DNA of 64,000 nucleotides from a virus (IMGVR_UViG_3300037310_000131:9446-73445), one strand, 5' to 3'; counted from the first letter of the stretch, positions 1 through 5,057 are shown. Notes: generated by a model from the letters alone, not told the origin. Numbers and translations: made by a program.

Positions 1-146
1 GGGTGGAGTGTGCCCAGCCGTTTCCAGCCTTAACGACATCCCTCGGTCTTGGGGCTTGTGCCGGCCCGCTTTGCGCGGGCCTGTATTATGTAGAAAGTTG
101 AAGCTTAGCCAATAATAGTGTTGCCATTTGCCGCAGAAATCTATCA

Positions 147-593
147 ATGACGCGGATGGAAACCAGCAAAGCGAACATGCCACATGTCACAATCTACACA
201 GATGGTGGGTGCGATCCAAATCCCGGCCTTGGGTCGTGGGCGTATGTGTTGGTGTATGGCAAGCACCAAAAGGAGGGGTGCGGCGTCGAGGAGAGCTCGA
301 CCAACAATCGCGCCGAGTATATCGCCATGATCGAGGGGATGAAGGCCCTAAAGCGGCCGTGTAGGGTCACGATAGTCACCGATTCCATGAACAACGTATT
401 TCTGTTGCGAGCCGGCAGGGTGAAGTCGCACAAAAGAAAGCACCAAGATTTGGTCAACCAGATTCTCGACCTGATGGACATTCATGTTGTTGATTATCAA
501 ATCATTAAGGGGCATTCTGGGGTCGTCGGAAACGAGCGGTGTGACCAGCTTTGCCATCAGGCTAGAAGAGATTTTTTGAAAAAGTTTGCATAA
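147..593 (+). CDS. rnhA: Ribonuclease HI
   Basis: Motifs IYTDGG, TNNRAE, IVTDS and KGHSG..GNERCDQL. Confidence 0.93.
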   Translation: MTRMETSKANMPHVTIYTDGGCDPNPGLGSWAYVLVYGKHQKEGCGVEESSTNNRAEYIAMIEGMKALKRPCRVTIVTDSMNNVFLLRAGRVKSHKRKHQDLVNQILDLMDIHVVDYQIIKGHSGVVGNERCDQLCHQARRDFLKKFA

Positions 594-597
594 ATGC

Positions 598-626
598 TTG
601 ACGGCCCCGGCCACCGCGTGTTTCTG
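598..626 (+). promoter_or_regulatory. Putative sigma70-type promoter for the RNA island
   Basis: TTGACG at 598-603, 17-nt spacer, weak -10 (TTTCTG), directly upstream of the array. Confidence 0.35.
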
Positions 627-632
627 TGGTCC

Positions 633-793
633 CAGTTCAAGATGGCCTTCAGGGTTGAGCCACCATCAACCTGACTCGGGAAAGGCTTTCCGCAGAACCA
701 ATCCGCCAAGTGGCGAGAGGGTCTGAAGCGATGTTCATTTTAGTTGTAGAGGACAGTGAGCGGAACCCTGCGGGGTATGGCCTTGTCCTCAAC
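633..793 (+). ncRNA. Structured RNA of unknown family
   Basis: CTTCAG/CTGAAG closes three hairpins; a second hairpin GAGGACA/TGTCCTC follows; no credible ORF. Confidence 0.4.
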
Positions 794-795
794 AC

Positions 796-870
796 GCCTC
801 AGTGATGTAGGAGTAAACATACGTCGTTGCCAACGATGATACCAGAGTGCGAATCTCTGCTGGGGCACCA
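796..870 (+). tRNA. tRNA-Gly(GCC)
   Basis: Cloverleaf; loop TT-GCC-AA; T-loop TGCGAAT; CCA. Confidence 0.9.
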
Positions 871-875
871 ATTTC

Positions 876-950
876 GGGTCGCAAGCATTTCAAGCGATGC
901 GCTAGGCTTTTACCCTTGAGAACTCGGGGCAGTACCGAGGCGACCCACCA
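876..950 (+). tRNA. tRNA-Lys(TTT)
   Basis: Acceptor GGGTCGC/GCGACCC; loop CT-TTT-AC; T-loop GGCAGTA; CCA. Confidence 0.88.
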
Positions 951-956
951 ATTTAT

Positions 957-1031
957 CGCGACTGACCAAGCAAGCGCATGGGCCTGCCCGCAAAGCAGTG
1001 AAGCCGGGAGCGTTACCCGGAGTCGCGTCCA
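957..1031 (+). tRNA. tRNA-Cys(GCA)
   Basis: Acceptor CGCGACT/AGTCGCG; U73; loop CC-GCA-AA; CCA. Confidence 0.85.
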
Positions 1032-1069
1032 CTTAGTTGCCAGTTTGGTATTCAACTGCAACCTTCACC

Positions 1070-1142
1070 TGGGGAGAGGCGCAGGCTCGAATCCTGCACT
1101 GGGGTAAAATCTCAGTTCGTATAGCGGATAGTATACTCCCTG
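1070..1142 (+). ncRNA. Circularly permuted tRNA-like element
   Basis: Order is T-arm (GCAGG-CTCGAAT-CCTGC), loop-closed acceptor (ACTGGGGT-AAA-ATCTCAGT), D-arm (GTAT/ATAC); TGGGG pairs with CCCTG. Confidence 0.65.
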
Positions 1143-1257
1143 CTCCAGCTATAGGCGACACAATGCCACTCAGTCTTGTAAGAAAAGCGCAGCAGTTTTT
1201 CTTACATGGTGCTCACGAAAGTTGTGCGACAGCCGGGAGAGACCGACACCTGAACAT

Positions 1258-1334
1258 GGGCCAAAAGCATTGTTGGTAATGCGCCTCCTTTGCACGGAGA
1301 ATGCTGGCGGGTTCGACTCCCCCTTGGTCCACCA
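1258..1334 (+). tRNA. tRNA-Ala(TGC)
   Basis: G3:U70; loop TT-TGC-AC; T-loop TTCGACT; CCA. Confidence 0.9.
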
Positions 1335-1339
1335 ATTTC

Positions 1340-1415
1340 GTGCGCGTGGCTCATATAGCTGAGCACCATCCTTCCAAGCTGGCCCAAGCAGGTGCAAGTC
1401 CTGTCGCGCACTCCA
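1340..1415 (+). tRNA. tRNA-Gly(TCC)
   Basis: Acceptor GTGCGCG/CGCGCAC; loop CT-TCC-AA; CCA. Confidence 0.88.
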
Positions 1416-1418
1416 TTT

Positions 1419-1478
1419 GGTCCTGCGGGCACTGCCGCCCGCTCCCCTCGGGGGCACCTGAAAGAACAGGTCTGGACC
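1419..1478 (+). ncRNA. 60-nt four-way-junction RNA of unknown family
   Basis: Stems GGTCC/GGACC, GCGGGC/GCCCGC, CCCC/GGGG and CCTG/CAGG. Confidence 0.45.
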
Positions 1479-1486
1479 CCCTTTTT

Positions 1487-1573
1487 CCAGTCGTGCCAGA
1501 GCAGCAATTGGAGTGCGCTGTAAACGCATTGCCCCAGCGGGCTACATAGGTGCAAGTCCTTTCGACTGGACCA
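1487..1573 (+). tRNA. tRNA-Tyr(GTA) with C1:G72
   Basis: Acceptor CCAGTCG/CGACTGG; loop CT-GTA-AA; long variable arm; CCA. Confidence 0.88.
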
Positions 1574-1579
1574 CTTCAT

Positions 1580-1656
1580 TGTCTCGTAGCTCAGATAGTC
1601 AGAGCGCCCGCTTGATAAGCGGTAGGTCGTCGGTGCGAAACCGACCGGGACAACCA
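1580..1656 (+). tRNA. tRNA-Ile(GAT)
   Basis: Loop TT-GAT-AA; acceptor TGTCTCG/CGGGACA; CCA. Confidence 0.9.
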
Positions 1657-1657
1657 T

Positions 1658-1975
1658 TTACACCACGACAATTCCTTCACGGATTTCGTGATGGCAGTTC
1701 GAGCAAACCAAAACACGCTTCTTGGCTTCTTCTAAAAGAGCCTCAAAGTTCTGGCCATGACCCTTGGTAGGGATGCCAAGTGACCTTTGTTGTGGGTCGC
1801 GGTGGTGAAAGTGAAGTGCAGATATGCAGGTTTTGTAGCCACAAGCACTGCGCTCGCCGCCAAATAGAGCAACAAGCCGTTGCTTGTTCTTGAGCCTGTT
1901 TACCTTGATATGTGCGTAGTTCCCTGTGCGTTTCTTTGAACCACCGGGAGCGGTAATAACTTTTGAAATAGACAT
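1658..1975 (-). CDS. HNH endonuclease (homing-like) inside the tRNA array
   Basis: ACGY...ALHFHHRDP...LVCSNCHHEI; two expected Cys appear substituted. Confidence 0.75.
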   Translation of the reverse strand: MSISKVITAPGGSKKRTGNYAHIKVNRLKNKQRLVALFGGERSACGYKTCISALHFHHRDPQQRSLGIPTKGHGQNFEALLEEAKKRVLVCSNCHHEIREGIVVV

Positions 1976-2010
1976 AGCTAATCAAATGACGATTAGCATG
2001 GTCTGTCGAT

Positions 2011-2082
2011 AGGGCCGTGGCGAAGTCGCCAAGCAGAACTCCAAATCCTGTTATGGGAGCGCAATACTCTCCGGCTCTGCCA
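2011..2082 (+). tRNA. tRNA-Trp(CCA), reduced D-arm
   Basis: Acceptor AGGGCCG/CGGCTCT; loop CT-CCA-AA; CCA. Confidence 0.8.
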
Positions 2083-2088
2083 ATTTAT

Positions 2089-2199
2089 GTTAGAGATAGC
2101 AGTCACAGCGTACGTCGCGTTCTGGATGATCCTTCTTCCGGCGCGGCGTAAGAACTAGCAAATCAACAGGGCGAGCGGCCCACTCCGCCGCCCTTTAAC
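2089..2199 (+). ncRNA. Structured RNA of unknown family
   Basis: Closing stem GTTAGAG/CTTTAAC, long hairpin TACGTCGCG/CGCGGCGTA and hairpin GGGCG/CGCCC. Confidence 0.45.
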
Positions 2200-2204
2200 T
2201 TTCT

Positions 2205-2279
2205 GGGCGTGTAGCTGAGATAGATTAGCGCGTGTCTGAAGAACACGAGACGCTGGAGCGTTACCAGCCTAGCCCACCA
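2205..2279 (+). tRNA. tRNA-Phe(GAA)
   Basis: Loop CT-GAA-GA; two acceptor mismatches; CCA. Confidence 0.8.
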
Positions 2280-2284
2280 CTTTA

Positions 2285-2356
2285 TGCCGGGAGCTTCGGA
2301 AGCCGGCAAGGCTCATACCCTTGTCGAAGCACGTTCGACCCGTGCCCCAGCACCCA
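2285..2356 (+). tRNA. tRNA with CAT anticodon (Met or Ile2), tiny D-loop
   Basis: CAAGG-CT-CAT-AC-CCTTG; T-arm GCACG-TTCGACC-CGTGC; CCA. Confidence 0.7.
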
Positions 2357-2425
2357 TTTGGGCCAACGCAGTGAAAAGTACCGAAATGCCAAAGTAGCGA
2401 AAATCGAGTCGTTGTGCCCATTTAT

Positions 2426-2501
2426 CCATCCGAAGTGTTATCTGGTTGCACGTTCCGTTTGGGGCGGAATTGTCTCGGTTCAAATCCGGGCGGGTGGACC
2501 A
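2426..2501 (+). tRNA. tRNA-Pro(TGG)
   Basis: TTCCG-TT-TGG-GG-CGGAA; CCA. Confidence 0.88.
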
Positions 2502-2507
2502 CTTTAT

Positions 2508-2582
2508 GGGGCTATGGAGTAGTGGTAACTACAGCGCACTGTCCATGCGCAGTCCGGGGTTCGATTCCCCGTAGCCTCGCCA
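2508..2582 (+). tRNA. tRNA-Asp(GTC)
   Basis: GCGCA-CT-GTC-CA-TGCGC; G73; CCA. Confidence 0.9.
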
Positions 2583-2587
2583 TTTAT

Positions 2588-2663
2588 GCGCGATTAGAAT
2601 AGCGGCTAATTCGACAGTCCTACACACTGTTCATCGGGGGTTCGAGTCCCTCATTGCGCACCA
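2588..2663 (+). tRNA. tRNA-Val(TAC)
   Basis: ACAGT-CC-TAC-AC-ACTGT; CCA. Confidence 0.88.
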
Positions 2664-2688
2664 CTTTATTGTTGACTGCGTATATCTG

Positions 2689-2862
2689 GTGTGTACTGAA
2701 ACATGGATTAGTTGCCATATAGATAAAACCTTGCACAAGAACGGACAATGCCGGGCAACACATGGCAAAATAAGGTGTTATCAAAACGGATGCAGGTGCG
2801 AAAGGTGTCGCGCAGCAAACGCAGAGCGTTCTAGAATTTATAGAGCAAAGTCTTTATTGTAG
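2689..2862 (+). pseudogene. C-terminal remnant of an HNH-type endonuclease
   Basis: Frame reads VCTETWISCHIDKT...THGKIRCYQNGCRCERCRAAN, resembling the CxxCH-KT and HG-GCRC tail of phage HNH proteins; N-terminus absent. Confidence 0.5.
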
Positions 2863-2933
2863 AGAAGGCAAATGGCTAGCCGGTTGTCTGTTAAACAACG
2901 TCGTTGATAGTTCGATTCTATCCTCTACAGCCA
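2858..2933 (+). tRNA. tRNA-Asn(GTT)
   Basis: GTTGT-CT-GTT-AA-ACAAC; G73; CCA. Confidence 0.9.
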
Positions 2934-2937
2934 CTTC

Positions 2938-3012
2938 GGGTCGGTAGCTCAGCGGTAGAGCGTTCGATTGTTAATCGAATGGTCATTGGTTCAATCCCAA
3001 TCCGTCCCTCCA
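2938..3012 (+). tRNA. tRNA-Asn(GTT), second copy
   Basis: TTCGA-TT-GTT-AA-TCGAA; U73; CCA. Confidence 0.85.
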
Positions 3013-3013
3013 G

Positions 3014-3089
3014 CCCCGCTTAGCTCAGCAGTTAGAGCGTCTGCCTGACATGCAGAAGGCGGCTGGCGCGACACCAGCAGCGGGGACCA
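3014..3089 (+). tRNA. tRNA-Val(GAC)
   Basis: TCTGC-CT-GAC-AT-GCAGA; CCA. Confidence 0.9.
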
Positions 3090-3090
3090 T

Positions 3091-3166
3091 CGGAGCCTAG
3101 CCTAGCGGTTGAGGCACTTGTTTCGGGAACAAGACGAGGCGAGTTCGACTCTCGCGGCTCCGACCA
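3091..3166 (+). tRNA. tRNA-Pro(CGG)
   Basis: CTTGT-TT-CGG-GA-ACAAG; CCA. Confidence 0.92.
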
Positions 3167-3172
3167 TTTTAT

Positions 3173-3248
3173 GGACCATTGGTGTAGCGGCACTGCACGT
3201 CGAGCTTTGAACTCGAAGGTCTTGGGTCAGCACCAAGATGGTCTGCCA
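3173..3248 (+). tRNA. tRNA-Gln(TTG)
   Basis: TCGAG-CT-TTG-AA-CTCGA; CCA. Confidence 0.88.
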
Positions 3249-3253
3249 ATTTC

Positions 3254-3327
3254 CGCCCTCTGGTGTAGTAGTAGCACCACGGATTCTGAACCCGTTAGTC
3301 TTGGAGCGTAACCAAGGGGGGCGGCCA
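3254..3327 (+). tRNA. tRNA-Gln(CTG)
   Basis: ACGGA-TT-CTG-AA-CCCGT; CCA. Confidence 0.87.
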
Positions 3328-3390
3328 TTTTAGTCTCGCGTACCATGAGTACAAGGAGCAACGGCCCCGTATTTTTGCGCGGCCAGCCAA

Positions 3391-3610
3391 TTTCCAGCAG
3401 GAGCGCATTCGCTGTTCGCAAATTGCGAATGGAGGAAGTTCGCGTCTGCGCAACACACCGAGGCAGGGCTTGTTCTTTGGTTCAAGTCCGCTATGACCTC
3501 ATGGTAGCAGCAACCCAAACAGACTGAGGATGAGTGTTGTCCTGCGATGTCGGGTTGGGGCTTAGACAAATGAATGCGGTCAACAGAAACGCGGCTACGT
3601 CCACTGGAAA
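3391..3610 (+). ncRNA. rnpB: Minimal RNase P RNA (catalytic domain with vestigial S-domain)
   Basis: CR-I GAGGAAGTTCGCGT and CR-V ACAGAAACGCGGCT form P4; P1, P2, P3, P5, P6, P15-P17, the L15 GGT and CR-IV TAGACAAATG can all be drawn. Confidence 0.85.
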
Positions 3611-3617
3611 AATTTTT

Positions 3618-3692
3618 GGAAGCGAAGCCACAGTAGACGGGCACCCGGCTCTTACCCGGATTTCGTGAGGCTGCGACTGCCTCCGCTTCCAC
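3618..3692 (+). tRNA. tRNA-Lys(CTT)
   Basis: Acceptor GGAAGCG/CGCTTCC; loop CT-CTT-AC; CCA. Confidence 0.87.
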
Positions 3693-3696
3693 CACC

Positions 3697-3753
3697 TTCC
3701 AGTCAAGATGCCGTAAACTCACAGTGTGTGTTCGGGACCTTCATCTTGGCTGG
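3697..3753 (+). ncRNA. Long hairpin RNA of unknown family
   Basis: 12-bp stem CCAGTCAAGATG/CATCTTGGCTGG with inner pairing. Confidence 0.4.
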
Positions 3754-3760
3754 GTTCTTT

Positions 3761-3832
3761 GGCCGGTGATTCAGCAATCCACAGGGTTTCATAAGCCCAG
3801 TGAATCGGGGGCAGCACCCGGACCAGCCACCA
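3761..3832 (+). tRNA. tRNA with CAT anticodon (Met or Ile2), short D-arm
   Basis: AGGGT-TT-CAT-AA-GCCCA; T-loop GGCAGCA; CCA. Confidence 0.72.
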
Positions 3833-3836
3833 ATTT

Positions 3837-3912
3837 GCCTGTGAAGTTCATATAGCTGAACGTGTCCTTGGTAAGGACAATGCAGCGGGTGCAAGTCCCG
3901 CCTCAGGCTCCA
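3837..3912 (+). tRNA. tRNA-Thr(GGT)
   Basis: TGTCC-TT-GGT-AA-GGACA; CCA. Confidence 0.9.
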
Positions 3913-3913
3913 T

Positions 3914-3996
3914 GGGCGCGTGGTTAACTACGAATAGCAGAGTATTCTGCCTTAGAAGCAGACAGCCTTGGGGGTGCAAGTCCCTCCGCGCCTACC
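3914..3996 (+). tRNA. tRNA-Leu(TAG)
   Basis: TCTGC-CT-TAG-AA-GCAGA; A73; CCA. Confidence 0.82.
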
Positions 3997-4004
3997 AATT
4001 TCAT

Positions 4005-4079
4005 GGCCCAATCGACAACCAGCTAAGTCACTGCGCTTTCAACGCGGAGTACCGGGGGCAGCACCCGGTTGGGCTACCA
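4005..4079 (+). tRNA. tRNA-Glu(TTC)
   Basis: CTGCG-CT-TTC-AA-CGCGG; CCA. Confidence 0.87.
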
Positions 4080-4085
4080 CTTCAT

Positions 4086-4160
4086 GGCCGCATCGTATAG
4101 AAGTCAGTACGCTGCCCTCTCAAGGCAGGAACCCCGGAGCGTTACCGGGTGCGGCTACCA
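4086..4160 (+). tRNA. tRNA-Glu(CTC)
   Basis: CTGCC-CT-CTC-AA-GGCAG; CCA. Confidence 0.88.
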
Positions 4161-4163
4161 TTT

Positions 4164-4248
4164 CGCCAACTGGATGGAATAGCAGACACGGGGCACTCAA
4201 AACGCCCTGCCGAAAGGCGTCCCGGTGCAAGTCCGGGGTTGGCGACCA
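4164..4248 (+). tRNA. tRNA-Leu(CAA)
   Basis: Loop CT-CAA-AA; long variable arm; CCA. Confidence 0.87.
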
Positions 4249-4249
4249 C

Positions 4250-4342
4250 GGTCCCGTGGTGTAATGTTAGCACCGCTAGTTTTATAAACTGGGCGCACTA
4301 GATTGGTGCCGTGTGCTGGTTCAAGTCCAGCCGGGACTACCA
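4250..4342 (+). tRNA. tRNA with TAT anticodon (Ile-AUA) and long variable arm
   Basis: CTAGT-TT-TAT-AA-ACTGG; variable hairpin GCACTA/TGGTGC; acceptor GGTCCCG/CGGGACT; A73; CCA. Confidence 0.8.
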
Positions 4343-4346
4343 CTTT

Positions 4347-4421
4347 GGTCTGTAAGTGTTGAGAGATACACGCGGCTTTCGTAAAGCTGAATACTCGGAG
4401 CGTTACCGAGACGGACCTCCA
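4347..4421 (+). tRNA. tRNA-Thr(CGT)
   Basis: CGGCT-TT-CGT-AA-AGCTG; CCA. Confidence 0.88.
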
Positions 4422-4425
4422 TTTT

Positions 4426-4501
4426 GTTCTGCAAGCATTGCTGGCGATGCGGCTGCCTTGTAAGCAGCAGATAGTCGGTTCGATTCCGGCGCGGAACTCC
4501 A
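4426..4501 (+). tRNA. tRNA-Thr(TGT)
   Basis: GCTGC-CT-TGT-AA-GCAGC; CCA. Confidence 0.9.
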
Positions 4502-4502
4502 T

Positions 4503-4580
4503 CAGGAGCAGTAGTGTAACCGGCAAACACAGGAGCCTGTGAAGCTCCGGTAGAGAGTTCGAGCCTCTCCCTCCTGACCA
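4503..4580 (+). tRNA. tRNA-His(GTG), atypical acceptor
   Basis: GGAGC-CT-GTG-AA-GCTCC; A73, no genomic G-1, 2-nt bulge in the acceptor; CCA. Confidence 0.75.
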
Positions 4581-4584
4581 CTTT

Positions 4585-4660
4585 GCAAGACTCGGCAATG
4601 GATAGTCAGTCTCCCCGCGAAGGAGGTTTAGTCCCAGTTCAAGTCTGGGGTCTTGCGCCA
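4585..4660 (+). tRNA. tRNA-Arg(GCG)
   Basis: TCTCC-CC-GCG-AA-GGAGG; CCA. Confidence 0.83.
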
Positions 4661-4754
4661 TTTGCTTGACACAGATACCGATATTACAAATGCCGTTGCG
4701 AACTGTGTAGAAAAGCGTCTACAGAGGCGTCAAGGAAATGGAGACAATCACTTT

Positions 4755-4830
4755 GTCGCGTTCAGCCAAGCAGACAGGCGCTGGTCTTCTAAGCCAAGCA
4801 ATGCGGGTGCAACTCCTGCACGCGGCACCA
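4755..4830 (+). tRNA. tRNA-Arg(TCT)
   Basis: Loop CT-TCT-AA; acceptor GTCGCGT/ACGCGGC; CCA. Confidence 0.86.
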
Positions 4831-4833
4831 TTT

Positions 4834-4908
4834 GCTCCATTCGTCCAATGTATAGGGCCTGCGTCTTCGGAACGCATGATGAGGGTTAGATTCCTTCATG
4901 GAGCGCCA
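4834..4908 (+). tRNA. tRNA-Arg(TCG)
   Basis: TGCGT-CT-TCG-GA-ACGCA; T-loop TTAGATT; CCA. Confidence 0.87.
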
Positions 4909-4909
4909 C

Positions 4910-4985
4910 TTTCTCGTAGCCTAAGGGATAGGCCCCGGTTTCCTAAACCGTGCGCATGCAGGTTCGAGTCCTGTCGAGAAAGCCA
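4910..4985 (+). tRNA. tRNA-Arg(CCT)
   Basis: CCGGT-TT-CCT-AA-ACCGT; CCA. Confidence 0.88.
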
Positions 4986-4989
4986 CTTC

Positions 4990-5057
4990 GGGCCAAATAC
5001 AGATTCGATTGGTCCTTCGGGCCCAAGACGCGGGGGCGGTGCCCGCTTGGTCCACCA
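4990..5057 (+). ncRNA. ssrA: Mini-tmRNA (tRNA-like domain only)
   Basis: Acceptor GGGCCAA/TTGGTCC with G3:U70, A73 and CCA; stemless D-loop ending GATTCGA; GAC-GCGGG...CCCGC T-arm; P2 capped by cUUCGg. Confidence 0.8.

Noticed and set aside
1031-1105. Possible UGA-suppressor/Sec tRNA (CT-TCA) read as a normal cloverleaf
   Set aside because: The anticodon stem does not pair and there is no CCA; the T-arm pairs better with downstream sequence as a permuted element.
2360-2420. Hairpin-closed spacer with repeated GAAA
   Set aside because: Only the outer stem pairs; there is no convincing inner structure or family match.
3331-3388. Possible degenerate tRNA ending GCCA
   Set aside because: No anticodon arm or T-arm can be drawn.
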